Part shown: positions 43,049 to 54,163 of the stretch, one piece after another
Numbering within the stretch: position 1 is the first letter of the stretch
Layout: every line of letters starts with the position of its first letter
Source of the DNA: an uncultured Gemmatimonadales bacterium
GTDB lineage: Bacteria > Gemmatimonadota > Gemmatimonadetes > Longimicrobiales > RSA9
NCBI GenBank assembly: GCA_963798085.1
Contig: CAWCRS010000003.1
Coordinates: 320,001-384,000, forward strand
DNA: 64,000 nucleotides
Direction of reading: 5' to 3'
The notes under the pieces: generated by a model
The model's database searches: none
Told to the model about the DNA's origin: nothing
The model's input: only the letters and a program-made list of their open reading frames with translations
Made by a program: the position numbers and the translations under genes

Positions 43049-43190
43049 ACCCAAGAACGCCAAGACGGTCCGACGGCGAGTGGGCGCAACCCGGCATGAA
43101 GCGGCGGGAATTCGCGCCACAAGCCGTGTTTTCGCCGGGAAACGGGTCATGTGGGTACGGCGCAGAACCCAAGAACGCCAAGACGGTCCG
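43049..43190. repeat. Two solo right ends of the inverted-end element in direct orientation
   Basis: ACCCAAGAACGCCAAGACGGTCCG ending at 43072 and 43190. Confidence 0.8.
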
Positions 43191-43238
43191 AGGGCGGCGG
43201 CGCCAGCATCAGCGTCGTCGCCCTCGAGCTTCCGGAGA

Positions 43239-45149
43239 TTACGGTGTGATCGTGCCGCTGCGGGATGCCATGGTCAGCACGATGCCATCGAGGAAGGTCG
43301 GCCCCAGCGTGCCGCCGCCGGTCCATGAGGAGCCGGTGTAGCTCCAGGTAGTGCTCGCCCCCGCGACCAGGCCCCATGCTGCCTGGAAGCCGGACAGGCC
43401 GCTCAGGTCCGCCATGGTGATGTCGAAGGCGGTGGAGCCGTTGAGGTACGCGGCCGAAACGGAGATGGAGACGGCGCGCGAGATGCCGCCGCTCGACTGA
43501 CCGAGCGCCACGCTCTGGTACTTGTTGTAGTCGCTCTCGATTGTGTGCTGCACACGCAGCCTTGCCGTGGGTGTGGCAGCGGCACTGGAGATTGTCACCG
43601 CGCCCATGGCCGCGCCGAAATTCAACGTCTTGTCCGCACCATCCTTCATGTAGGCGCCCACCGTGCGGGTGGTGGTCGGCGCAACGCCCGTCGAGGCGAT
43701 AGCGGTGACCAGGTGCAGGTCGCCTGTGATCGTGTTAGGCACGGTCGGGAACTGGTGCGTGGCCGCGGAGGATCCTGCCAGCTCGTTGAAGAGGATCCCG
43801 GTCGAGCCATTCGCTGTCAGGAAGGACTCGAGCACGATCGCCTGATCCGTGCCGAGCGCGCCCAGGGTCAGCGTCTTGGTGACGGGCGTGAAGCTCTCTG
43901 CCGCATTGAAATCGAAGACGGGCAGCGTGCTGCCGGTCGCCGGGTTGAGACCGCGGCGGATGATGCCCTTGTTCATCACCTGCGTGAAGCTGTTGCCCAC
44001 CTGCGTCTGCGTGACGCGGGAGGCGACGGCGTCGATCGTGCCATCCGGGACGTTCTGCACGCTGAACGTGTTGCCGGTCACCGGCAGCACGAAGGCGATG
44101 GCGCCACCGACGGAGATGTAGGCCACATCAGTGAGCGCCACGTTGGCGACGCTGCCGTTCACGGTCTTGGTCCCGGTGCTTGTGGTCTGGCAGGTGACGG
44201 CGCCCGTGTTCAGCTCCGCCTGCGTTCCATACATGTAGCTAGTCGTGTAATTGGTCGCCGTCGCCGTCACGGAAACAATGGCGCCGCGGCCGGAAGCGAG
44301 AGTGAACGTGATGGTGCCGTTGGTGATGGTGGCAACCGTGAACGGACCGTTGCCGTCCTGCACCGCGGCGAAGACGGGAATCGTGCCACACCACTTGAAC
44401 ACCGTGTTACCACCGCCCGTGCTGGCCGCTGTGACCTGGACGCTCAGCGTCGCCGTCCGATCAATGGTGCCCGAGGTGGCGTGCACCGTGAGCGTGTAGG
44501 TGTTGGCCGCGACGGCCGACGTGGCGGCCACGGTGATGCCGACGCTGCTGGCCGTCGTGCTCGTGGGATTGAAGGTGACGGTCATGCCGACGGGCGCGCC
44601 CGTCGCCGTGAAGGCGATGGAACCGGTGAAGCCGCCCGTGCGCGTGATGTTCGCCGTGCTGGTGCCCTGGTTGCCCTGCTGGAAATTCAGCGATGTGGGC
44701 GTGAGCGCGATGGTGTAGCTGCCCTGGGCACTGGCCGTGATGGTCAGCGTGAACGTGGCCGTCTGCTCCGTGACGCCCGAGCCGGTGGCGTGCACCGTCA
44801 CCGTGGCGCCGGCCGTGGCGGCGGCCGCGGCGGCGGCGGTGAACGTGATCGTGCTGGCACGCGTCCCGACCGGGATCACCGCGGGCGCCGCCGATGAGGT
44901 CACGTTGGCCGGCAGACCCGTGACGCTGATGGTGACGGAGCCGTCGAAGTTGCCGCCGCGCGTGATGTTCGCGGTCACCGTTCCGGCGGTCCCGCCCCCG
45001 ACCAGACTCAGTGTCGAAGACGAAAGCGAGAGGGTCAGCGTCCCGCCGCCGCCCTGGTTGTCCGGTCCGGTCGAATCCGATTTCTTGCATGCGCTGGCGA
45101 CGATCACGCCGGCCAGCACGATCCTTCCGAGCAGTCTGGTCCGCGACAC
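43239..45149 (-). CDS. Thr/Ser/Gly-rich surface lipoprotein with two Ig-like repeats
   Basis: GTG start with AGGAG RBS; lipobox VASAC; repeated ANITRGGNFDGSV / ANITRTGGFTGSI modules. Confidence 0.8.
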   Translation of the reverse strand: MSRTRLLGRIVLAGVIVASACKKSDSTGPDNQGGGGTLTLSLSSSTLSLVGGGTAGTVTANITRGGNFDGSVTISVTGLPANVTSSAAPAVIPVGTRASTITFTAAAAAAATAGATVTVHATGSGVTEQTATFTLTITASAQGSYTIALTPTSLNFQQGNQGTSTANITRTGGFTGSIAFTATGAPVGMTVTFNPTSTTASSVGITVAATSAVAANTYTLTVHATSGTIDRTATLSVQVTAASTGGGNTVFKWCGTIPVFAAVQDGNGPFTVATITNGTITFTLASGRGAIVSVTATATNYTTSYMYGTQAELNTGAVTCQTTSTGTKTVNGSVANVALTDVAYISVGGAIAFVLPVTGNTFSVQNVPDGTIDAVASRVTQTQVGNSFTQVMNKGIIRRGLNPATGSTLPVFDFNAAESFTPVTKTLTLGALGTDQAIVLESFLTANGSTGILFNELAGSSAATHQFPTVPNTITGDLHLVTAIASTGVAPTTTRTVGAYMKDGADKTLNFGAAMGAVTISSAAATPTARLRVQHTIESDYNKYQSVALGQSSGGISRAVSISVSAAYLNGSTAFDITMADLSGLSGFQAAWGLVAGASTTWSYTGSSWTGGGTLGPTFLDGIVLTMASRSGTITP

Positions 45150-45396
45150 GGTTTCTCCTTGGCTGAGTGCGTCGGTTGGTGGGTCGGGTTGCGACAGGGC
45201 TTGCGTCCGTCCCTCTCGCTCGCTTCGCCGGCCCCGTGGCCGACCCCTGCGATCACCCGGTGCTGGCGCGCAAGCTACGCGCGCGCGTCATTCTGCGGGT
45301 CACAAGCGGATCAACTCGACAAGCTATGCGAATTTTCCGGGGCGTTGCCGTCACCCATTCGCGCGGGCGCCGGCTGCGACGCTAGATTGCGCCGCC

Positions 45397-46335
45397 ATGA
45401 GCACCATCCGAGAGCGCGTGTCGGTCCTGGAGGAGGCGGCAGCGGCGCAGGGACCGGCCGGTGGCTGGACCCGCCTGCGCTCGCTGGTTCGGCCGTTCTG
45501 GGAGCTGACCAAACCGGGGATTACCCGCCTCGTCGTCTTCACTTCCGGCGCCGGCTTCTATCTGGCATCGCGCGGTCCGCTCGAGTGGCTGACGCTCCTC
45601 AACATGCTGTTCGGCACCGCGCTCGTCGCCAGCGGCGCCAATGCCCTGAACCAGTACGCCGAACGCGACGCCAATGCGCTCATGCGCAGGACGGCGCGCC
45701 GGCCGCTGCCCTCGGGCCGCCTCGGTTCGGCCGAGGCGCTGATCTTCGCGGTTTCCATCGCGTTCATTGGCCTGGTGCACCTGTGGTTCCTGGTGAACCC
45801 GGTGACCGCCGGCGTCGTGCTGGCCAGCCTGCTGAGCTATCTGCTGGTGTACACGCCGCTCAAGCGGCGTACATGGTGGGCGACGCTGGCCGGTGCCGTG
45901 CCCGGCGCACTTCCAGCACTTGCGGGTTGGACGGCCGCCACGGGACGGATCGGCGCGGGCGGACTCGCGCTCTTCGGCATCGTCTTCGTGTGGCAGATGC
46001 CGCACTTCTTCGCGCTGGGCTGGATGTACCGCGAGGATTACGAGCGCGGCGGCTTCCGCATGCTGAGCCGTTTCGATCCGACGGGTATCCGCACCGGCCG
46101 GCAGACCGTGCTTTACACGATGGCGCTGTTGCCGGTCAGCCTGCTGCCCTCATTCCTGGGCGTGACCGGCAGGCTCTACGCCATGGGCGCGGTACTGCTG
46201 GGTCTGGGCTTTCTCGGACTCGGCCTGACCCTGCTCTCGGATCGCGCCCGCGGGCAGGCCCGGCGCGTCTTCGTCGGCTCGATCCTCTACCTGCCTGCGC
46301 TGCTGGCCCTCATGATGATCGACCGCGCCGGCTGA
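45397..46335 (+). CDS. cyoE: Protoheme IX farnesyltransferase (heme o synthase)
   Basis: ELTKPGI, NQYAERDANALMRRTARRPLPSG, YTPLKR, WQMPHFFAL. Confidence 0.93.
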   Translation: MSTIRERVSVLEEAAAAQGPAGGWTRLRSLVRPFWELTKPGITRLVVFTSGAGFYLASRGPLEWLTLLNMLFGTALVASGANALNQYAERDANALMRRTARRPLPSGRLGSAEALIFAVSIAFIGLVHLWFLVNPVTAGVVLASLLSYLLVYTPLKRRTWWATLAGAVPGALPALAGWTAATGRIGAGGLALFGIVFVWQMPHFFALGWMYREDYERGGFRMLSRFDPTGIRTGRQTVLYTMALLPVSLLPSFLGVTGRLYAMGAVLLGLGFLGLGLTLLSDRARGQARRVFVGSILYLPALLALMMIDRAG

Positions 46336-46405
46336 CACCGCCAGGACCTCAGCCCGCTCCAACCAGCCCAACCCCGTTCAAGGCTATCCGACCGTTGTTG
46401 ATGGT

Positions 46406-46701
46406 CGGACCGTCTTGGCGTTCTTTCCTTTCGGCTTGAACCGCTATCCTGCCGACTCGCACCACCATGCAAACTGGTCAGTCGATAACGGCCTGCGTCG
46501 TCGGCATGTCCCGTAGTGGCACAACGCAAGAACGCAAAGACGGTCCGAAAAAACTGCTTCGGACCGTCTTGCCGTTCTTTCCTTTCGGCCGGAACCGCTA
46601 TCCTGCCGACTCGCACCACCATGCAAACTGGTCAGTCGATAACGGCCTGCGTCGTCGGCATGTCCCGGGGTGGCACAACGCAAGAACGCAAAGACGGTCC
46701 G
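46406..46701 (-). repeat. Two tandem 142-bp inverted-end elements (46406-46547, 46560-46701)
   Basis: Near-identical units, period 154; ATCGACTGACC core on the minus strand. Confidence 0.9.
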
Positions 46702-46707
46702 ATGCCC

Positions 46708-48573
46708 CTACCACGCGACACCATAGTCCTCGCCGTGGTTGCTGGAGCCGCCCCAGAACGTGCCGTGCGCCCAGTCGAAGAAGATGCCGTTGATGGGCCC
46801 GGAGGTGATGTCGCCGGTCTCGATGCGGTAGCCCATGCGGCGCAGCTCTGCCTGTACCCAGGGCGGCGTCGCGGCCTGCACCAGCAGGCGGCCGGGCTCG
46901 GCGACATGCGCGCCGAATGAGGAGCGCATCTGGTAGCTGTTGATATTGGCCGCTTCCGCCGCCTGCTGCGCGTTCATGCCGAACTCGACGACGTTCAGGA
47001 AGAACTGCAGCAGGTTCTGATCCTGGCTGTCGCCACCCTGCACGGCGAAGGACAGAAAGGGTCGGCCATCCTTGAGCGCCAAACTCGGTGTCAGAGTGAC
47101 GCGCGGTCGCTTGCCTGGCTCGACCACGTTGTAAGGTCCCTCGGCGGGATCGGTCACGAACGACTGCATGCGTTGCGATAGACCCACCCCTGTGTGTCCC
47201 GCAATTACCGCGGGTACCCAGCCACCACTTGGCGTCACGGATACCACCCAGCCTTCCTCATCCGCGGCCTGCACCAATGTAGTGCCGGCGTAGAACGCGT
47301 CGAGGAACGCGGAATCCTCCGCCGTGCCCGCCTGTGTCGCCGTGGTTTTCCGGCCCCAGGCCTGCAGATAGTTCTGGAAGGGATTGGTGCCACCCTGGTA
47401 CGGATACGGATCACCGGGCCCGATGTCAGCGGTGTTGTGATTGTCATTGATCAGCTTGGCGCGCTCGCGCGCGTAATCCTTGGAAAGCAGGCCCTTGATG
47501 GGCTCATCCGGCGGAAAGTAGGGATCGCCGTAGTAGAAATCGCGATCGGCGAACGCCAGACTCATGGCCTGATATATCGTGTTAATGTAGCGCGCGCTGT
47601 TGTAGCCCATCGACTTGATGTCGAAGTTCTCGAGGATGTTCAGCGTCTGCAGCAGCGCCGGTCCCTGTGTCCAGCGATCCAGCTTGTAGACCTCGATGCC
47701 CTTGTACGTCGTCATGACCGGCTCTTCAATGCGAACCTTCCAGTTCGCAAGGTCCTGCAGCGTGAAGAGACCGCCCTGCTCGCGCACGCTGCGCACGATC
47801 TCCTGCGCGATGTCGCCCGTGTAGAAGCGGTCGTACGCGGCGTAGATGGCTTCCTTGCGACTCTTTCCCTGCGCCAGCGCCTGCTTCTCCGCATCCACGA
47901 GCTTGCGCAGCGTCACTGCCAGGTCGGGCTGGCGGAAGACTTCGCCGGCGTTGGGCGCTTCGCGCGGCTCGCCCGGATGCGTGAGGAAGAGCGCCTTCGA
48001 ATACGGCCATTGTTTGATCCACGACTTGTTGGTCTCGATCGAGTTCGCGGTCTGGGCTTCGATGGGATAGCCGTCCGCCATCTGGATCGCGGGCGCAAGC
48101 ACGTCGGCCAGACTCAACTTCCCCCATTCGGCGACCAGCGTGAAGATGCCGCCCGGCGTCCCCGGCGTGACCGCCGCGAGCGGGCCGTACTCGGGGGGGT
48201 ACTTCAGGCCTTTGCCCTTGAAGAATTCCGCGGTGGCGCCCGTGGGCGCGACGCCCAGCGCATTGAGCGCGATGACCTTCTTCGTGTGCGGGTTGTAGAT
48301 CAATGCCTGCGTCTCGCCGCCCCACGACAGCACATCCCACATGGTCGTGGTTGCCGCGATCATCGCAGCCGCCGCGTCCACCGCATTGCCGCCCCTCTGG
48401 AAGGTCATGGCGCCCGCCGTCGCCGCGAGCGGCTTGCCCGTTATGGCCATCCAGTGGCGCCCGTGCAGCACGGGCTTCGCCGTCTTCTGCGCCACCAGCG
48501 CGGTCGGCGTACTCACGAGCACCAGTCCGACGAACGGGCCGATCGCGGCACGCCAGCGAGTGCGCGCGACCAC
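46708..48573 (-). CDS. ggt: Gamma-glutamyltransferase family protein (exported)
   Basis: GGNAVDAA, AFADRDFYYGDP, GTTLVQAAD (Thr nucleophile), PGKRPRVTLTP, QGGDSQDQ. Confidence 0.9.
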   Translation of the reverse strand: MVARTRWRAAIGPFVGLVLVSTPTALVAQKTAKPVLHGRHWMAITGKPLAATAGAMTFQRGGNAVDAAAAMIAATTTMWDVLSWGGETQALIYNPHTKKVIALNALGVAPTGATAEFFKGKGLKYPPEYGPLAAVTPGTPGGIFTLVAEWGKLSLADVLAPAIQMADGYPIEAQTANSIETNKSWIKQWPYSKALFLTHPGEPREAPNAGEVFRQPDLAVTLRKLVDAEKQALAQGKSRKEAIYAAYDRFYTGDIAQEIVRSVREQGGLFTLQDLANWKVRIEEPVMTTYKGIEVYKLDRWTQGPALLQTLNILENFDIKSMGYNSARYINTIYQAMSLAFADRDFYYGDPYFPPDEPIKGLLSKDYARERAKLINDNHNTADIGPGDPYPYQGGTNPFQNYLQAWGRKTTATQAGTAEDSAFLDAFYAGTTLVQAADEEGWVVSVTPSGGWVPAVIAGHTGVGLSQRMQSFVTDPAEGPYNVVEPGKRPRVTLTPSLALKDGRPFLSFAVQGGDSQDQNLLQFFLNVVEFGMNAQQAAEAANINSYQMRSSFGAHVAEPGRLLVQAATPPWVQAELRRMGYRIETGDITSGPINGIFFDWAHGTFWGGSSNHGEDYGVAW

Positions 48574-48897
48574 CCGAGCCTCAGGATGCGTGGCCGAGGG
48601 AAAGGGAGGCGCGGTCCGTTGCCCGCGGACCCGGGCGCATGACAGGCGCCCGTCACGATGGCTGATGGAATGCGCACGATGGGAGCGCATGATACCTCCG
48701 CGGGACCGAGGAGCGCGGCAACATCCATGGCAGCAGATTGCCCCGCTCGCCAGCCACGCACAAGAGCCGGGACCCTGTCACTGGCAGGCTGCGGTACGAC
48801 AAGCGATCGCGACCGTACGCGCATTCCTGGTTGCGCCGATGCGCCATGCCGCTTCAGACCGTCCCGGCGTCCTGGGTGCCGGCGGTACCGGTCGCTT

Positions 48898-49038
48898 CGG
48901 ACCGTCTTGCCGTTCTTGGGTTGTGCGCCGCGCAGTCATGGCGGCGACTCACTGGCACATGGAATCGTCAAGCGGATCGCTACAGCGGGCGCCGACCTGT
49001 CTGCTCGAGCTGAAACGAAAGAATGCAAAGACGGTCCG
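48898..49038. repeat. Inverted-end element (141 bp, diverged interior)
   Basis: CGGACCGTCTTGCCGTTCTTGGG...AAGAATGCAAAGACGGTCCG. Confidence 0.8.
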
Positions 49039-49090
49039 ATGCGCTATGTCGCTCCCCATGTCGGCCCGATGATGTGGTCAGCTGATGTGG

Positions 49091-50023
49091 TTAGCGCGGC
49101 GACCTGCCCTGTACGTATGGCAGATCGCGCGTACCCCAGTCGTGCCAGGAGCCATCGTAGAATTTCATGTCATAGCCGAGCATGCGGCCCACGAAGTAGT
49201 CCAGGCTGGCGCGTGCGCCAATCATGCAGTAGGCGACGACTGTCTTCGCCTTGTCGGCCCCGGCTCCGGCGAATTTCGCATGCAGTGCGTCGGGCGCGAG
49301 AAAGCCCGGGTCATCCTTCTGTGAGTGAACCAGCTGCTCCCAGTAGAGCTGCACGGCGCCCGGAATGTGACCGGGATGCGCCATGCCACCCATGCCGCCG
49401 TCCGCACCGGTGTACTCGTCGTCCGGTCTTGCATCCAGCAGCAGCGTGCTCGTGTCGCTCAGTCTGCCCTTGATGTATTCGGCATCGACCAGCATGCCGG
49501 GGCGCGTGCTCCCGGTCAGCCTGCCGGTATCGACCTCGGGCAGCGCCTGCGTGAGTGGCCGCTTCTCCGCGATCCAGCGCTGCAGTCCGCCATCCAGGAT
49601 GCTGGCGTCATCGCCCTTCGATATGTAATCCAGTGTTAGCCAGAGTCGTGTCGCCGCCAATGGATTACGGCTGTAGACGACGATGCGTCGTCCATCCGCG
49701 ACGCCCGCTCTTTCCAGCGTCTGGACGATCGCGGCGACGGGCGGGAGCTCGTAGCCGACGTGCGTCTCACCGTCCACGACGTAGTCGGAGGTCGACAGAA
49801 AGACTGCGCCCGGGATGTGACTGCCATCGTATTCTGTCCGCGACGGATCCGTGTGGATGATGACCACGTTCGGGTCGTTGAGGTGCTGGGCCAGCCAGGC
49901 CGTTGTGACCAGCATTCGTGGGTGCGCCACTGCAGGTGCGGTCTGGGCGCGGCCGCCCGCGGCCCCCGCGAACAGGAACGCCAGAACCGACCACACGCAG
50001 ATCCCTCGACGCGCAACTGTCAT
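49091..50023 (-). CDS. Two-domain rhodanese/sulfurtransferase with signal peptide
   Basis: HIPGAV twice, LDGGLQRW, AYCMIGARAS, YDGSWHDW. Confidence 0.9.
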   Translation of the reverse strand: MTVARRGICVWSVLAFLFAGAAGGRAQTAPAVAHPRMLVTTAWLAQHLNDPNVVIIHTDPSRTEYDGSHIPGAVFLSTSDYVVDGETHVGYELPPVAAIVQTLERAGVADGRRIVVYSRNPLAATRLWLTLDYISKGDDASILDGGLQRWIAEKRPLTQALPEVDTGRLTGSTRPGMLVDAEYIKGRLSDTSTLLLDARPDDEYTGADGGMGGMAHPGHIPGAVQLYWEQLVHSQKDDPGFLAPDALHAKFAGAGADKAKTVVAYCMIGARASLDYFVGRMLGYDMKFYDGSWHDWGTRDLPYVQGRSPR

Positions 50024-50228
50024 GACCCCTCCGAGGCAATCAACCGATGCCGACAATGTACGATGCCCTGCCTCCCGCGAGGCGACGAATTGCGTGTGCG
50101 ATCTGTGCAGGATCGGCAAACGGACCGCGGCAAACTTGCGTTGTGCGCCATCGGCGCATGCCCGGCCGGGTGAAAACCAGGTCGGCTCTGGCGTGGTTAC
50201 GCCAATCTCGGGGTGAAAGCCAACTTTC

Positions 50229-50393
50229 CGGACCGTCTTGGCGTTCTTGGGTTTGTTCCATTCCGCCATGGGTGAAACGCTGCCGACCCCGGGGAACGCG
50301 TCAGGCCAATAGCCGGGCGGCGACTTGCGCATGGCCGCCTGCGCCATCTGGATCGCCGTGGCGGGCCACAGCCAAGAACGCCAAGACGGTCCG
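50229..50393. repeat. Inverted-end element (165 bp)
   Basis: CGGACCGTCTTGGCGTTCTTGG...CCAAGAACGCCAAGACGGTCCG. Confidence 0.8.
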
Positions 50394-50406
50394 GAATCTG
50401 GACGCG

Positions 50407-51621
50407 TCAGCTCGTCTTCCGGCCGTCCAGCTCTTCGATCGTCTTCGTGGAGGGGCCGCGCTGCTTCTGCAGGCGGCTGGCGACGGACTCGGCCTGGCGC
50501 CACACGCGCAGGATGTTCTCGCCCGCCAGCTTGCGCAGGTCGGTCTCGCTCCAGCCTCGCCTGGCCAGCTCGGCGAACAGCGCCGGGAACTTCGATACGT
50601 CTTCCAGGCCCACGGGCACGGACGTGATGCCATCGAAATCGCTGCCGATGCCCACGTGATCGGCGCCGGCCACCTGTTTGATGTGGTCGATGTGATCGGC
50701 CACGTCCTGCAGCGTCGCCTGCGGACGGGGCGTGTTGGCGCGCTGCGCCTCGGGCAGCGCCTCCCAGTCCTTCACTGCGTTGTTCACGAAGCCCGGCACG
50801 AATGTCACCATCACAATGCCGCCGTTCTGCGGCAGGCGGCGCAGGATGTCGTCGGGCACGTTGCGGCCGTGCTCGACGAGCGCCCTTGCCGCCGCGTGCG
50901 ACCAGATGACGGGCGCCTCCGACACATCCAGCGCATCGCGCATGGTTTCAGGTGAGGTGTGCGCCAGGTCGACGAGCATGCCCAGGCGGTTCATCTCGCG
51001 CACTACTTCCTTGCCGAACTCGGTGAGGCCGTGGTGCAGGGGCGTGTCCGTGCCGGCATCGGCCCAGTCGATGTTGGCGGTGTGCGTGAGCGTCATGTAC
51101 CGCGCGCCCATGTCGTAGAACGCGCGCAGTGCGCCCAGCGAATTCTCAATGGCGTGGCCGCCCTCCATGCCTATCACGGACGCCACCTTGCCCGCCTTGA
51201 ACGCCTGCATGACCGCGGCCGGCGAAAGCGTCTCCTGGAACACGTCGGGATAGCGGGCAAACACCTGCTTAGCAATGTCCATCTGCTCCAGCTGCATCTT
51301 CGCCGCGCCTTCCTGCACGCTGGTCGCGGGGATGTAGACGGACCAGAACTGCGCGCCCACCATGCCGGCCCGCAGCCGCGCGATGTCGGTGTGACCGGGC
51401 GCCGTGCCGCGCAGGTCGTAGGCGTTCACGTTGCGCGGTGCGTCCTTGAATTCACGGATCGCCCACGGCAGATCGTTGTGGCCATCGAACAACGGAGTCT
51501 CGGATAGCACGCGCTTCGCCTTTTCCATGTTGGGGTCCCTGCGGGATTGCTGCGCAGCCACCTGACCGAACGCGACGGCGCCCTGCGCCGCGAGGATGAC
51601 GAACAACGCGGCGATTCGCAT
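50407..51621 (-). CDS. Membrane dipeptidase (peptidase M19)
   Basis: DGHNDLPW, GAQFWSVY, EGGH, TLTH, GIGSDFDG. Confidence 0.93.
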   Translation of the reverse strand: MRIAALFVILAAQGAVAFGQVAAQQSRRDPNMEKAKRVLSETPLFDGHNDLPWAIREFKDAPRNVNAYDLRGTAPGHTDIARLRAGMVGAQFWSVYIPATSVQEGAAKMQLEQMDIAKQVFARYPDVFQETLSPAAVMQAFKAGKVASVIGMEGGHAIENSLGALRAFYDMGARYMTLTHTANIDWADAGTDTPLHHGLTEFGKEVVREMNRLGMLVDLAHTSPETMRDALDVSEAPVIWSHAAARALVEHGRNVPDDILRRLPQNGGIVMVTFVPGFVNNAVKDWEALPEAQRANTPRPQATLQDVADHIDHIKQVAGADHVGIGSDFDGITSVPVGLEDVSKFPALFAELARRGWSETDLRKLAGENILRVWRQAESVASRLQKQRGPSTKTIEELDGRKTS

Positions 51622-51917
51622 CTCGCTTCTCCGGATTGCCTGGCCCAGCGTACTCACGGTTCATCCCGTGCCCGCGGAATGTGGCCACGAAGCCGGCGGC
51701 GCGCAATTGACGCGGACAGGGAAGCGTCGCACACTTTGCCCGACCCGCAGCCGCTCACGGGCCCGCACACGAACGCACCGCTGCGCCCGCATCGTGCGTC
51801 TGGATGCGGATCCCGCCGACGCGAGGCGCCACGCATCGAAGGCGCGAGCCTGCCGGACAACGCGGGTACACCAACGCCACGATTGCTTCAGCCACACACA
51901 CGAGAAGGTTCATGGGC

Positions 51918-53643
51918 ATGAGAATCCGGCCATTGCGGGCCGCTGTCGCAGCTTCATTTCTGGCGACGATGCTGGTTCACCCTCTCAGCGCGCAGCATGC
52001 CGAGCTGCCTCGCCAGCACACGCCCGAGCCCACCACCGCCGGCATCACGGTGCGCGACGTGATGACGCGCACCTACATCATCGCTGATGATTCCATGGAA
52101 GGCCGTGACACCGGACGGCGAGGCGGGTTACGGGCGGCCGAGTACATCGCGCGCCAGCTGCAGACGCTGGGACTCGAACCCGCGGGCGATAACGGCACCT
52201 ACTTCCAGGGCATCCCCTGGATGTCGCGGCGGCCCGATCCGGATGCGGTGCTGCGCGCAGGCGAGGCGACACTCGTCGCCGGCACTGATTTTCTGCTGCT
52301 GCCCCGACTGGGTGCGCAGGTGTTCCTCGGCGGGCAACCGTATGGCGGCTCGTTCCACGGCCAGTCTGTGCCGACGGTGTACGGTGGGCGCATCGGAGCG
52401 ACCGACCTGCTCGATCCCGCGGCGGCGGCGGACAAGCTTGTCGTGTTCGATGCGCCTGCGGATCCCAGCGGCCGTCCGCTGTTCGCGTTCTGGCAGCGCA
52501 ACAGCCTGACGCAGTACGCGCAGGCCAGAGCGATTGCCGTGACCTCGCTCGACGCCGGTGCGCCGGGCAATCTGCGCGGCCCGCGCGACGCGTACTGGGA
52601 TTCGACGGGCACGGGCGCGGCAGTGCTGACGGTGCTCGCCATTACGAGCAGCGCGGCGGAGCGCATCTTCGGCGCGCCGGTCGCATCGCTGACTGCCGGC
52701 GACGCTGGCAGTCCGATAACAGGCGATGTGTCGTTCCTCAGCTCGCCCACGGAAGCACCCGCATACAACGTGATCGGCATCCTGCGCGGCCGCAATGCGA
52801 AGCTGCGCAACGAGTACGTCGCGGTGGGCGCGCACTACGACCACGTCGGCTTCACGGCACGTCCGCTCGATCACGACTCGGTGCGCGCCTTCAACAGCAT
52901 CGTGCGGCCGCGCGGCGCGGATGACCCGCCCCGCCGGGGCACGGAAGAGGAATGGGTGCGCGTGCGGGCCGTGCTGGACAGCCTGCGACGTGTGCATCCG
53001 ATGCGTCTCGACTCGATCAACAACGGCGCGGATGATGACGGCAGCGGTTCGGTCCTCAGTCTCGAGATCGCCGAAGCCTTCGCCGGCGCGGCGCGCCGGC
53101 CCGCGCGTTCCCTGCTGTTCGTGTTCCATACGGCGGAAGAGAAGGGTCTGTACGGCGCGCAGTTCTTCTCCGATCATCCCACTGTACCGCGCGATTCCAT
53201 CGTCGCGCAGGTGAACATGGATCAGATGGGCCGCGGCGAACCGGATGATGCGCCGCCCGGCGGGCCCAATGCGCTGGTCGTCATCGGCTCGCGTCGTCTC
53301 TCGACCGAACTCGGTGACCTGGCCGAACGCGTGAATCAGCGACCCGGGCACCGCTTTCATTTCGACTACGAATTCGACCGCGACGGCGACCCCACGAATG
53401 CGTACTGCCGCAGTGATCATTACATGTATGCACGGTACGGCATTCCTGTCGCGTTCTTCAGTGCGGCTGCGTGGCATCGCGATTATCACATGGTGACGGA
53501 CGAACCGCAGTACATCGCGTACGATCGCATGGCCAGGATCGGCCGTTACATCCCGGGATTTCGTGCAGGCCGTCGCCGACCTGGGGCACCGGCCCCGGGT
53601 GGACAAGCCGAAGCCGGACCCGCTCGGCACCTGCCGGCAGTAG
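51918..53643 (+). CDS. M28 family peptidase; +1 frameshift near 53553
   Basis: DDSMEGR, GAHYDH, NGADDDGSG, TAEEKGL, RSDH. Shifted frame reads DFVQAVADLGHRPRVDKPKPDPLGTCRQ* and ends at 53643. Confidence 0.88.
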
Positions 53644-54163
53644 ATACCCTGGCCGCCTCGCCCATGGCAGGCCGGCAGCCTGTCGGGTTGCCGGGCCGTT
53701 CGCCTGTCATCATCTCGTGCAGGCGGGAATCCAACACAGTATTAGCCAGCTCGTGTGCGCCGGCGACGGGCCACTGCGGCGGATCGTTTGCTCCGGCCGC
53801 ACTCGGGTTCGCTTCGCCTCGTGCCAGCGGCCTGTGGCTGGGGTGGCGTCCCGAAGGGTCGCCTGGCGCGTCGGCCGGTCCGCTTCGTCCCGCCATGAGC
53901 GGGGGCCAACCTGCCGCGCGCGCCGTCTGTCCCCTCGCCCGCGCGACCCCTGCGCCGGCTCTGCAGGTTCGCGTGCGTGCGGCGTCTCCCGGCCACCGGA
54001 CAGCCGGCGGATGCGGAGCGATTGGCGAGCCGCGTCGTCGCCTCTCATGACGGCCCGATCCTGACCCGCTGGCGTGCCATCGCACGGCGGCCCGGCAGCG
54101 TGCGGCGGAGCCGACATGCCAACCCGCTCAAACACCACGTTACACCATGACCCGGGAGCGTCC

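Noticed and set aside
53644..54050. Long C-terminal extension of the M28 peptidase (748-aa ORF)
   Set aside because: Artefact of a +1 frameshift near 53553; the shifted frame gives a natural-looking end at 53643.
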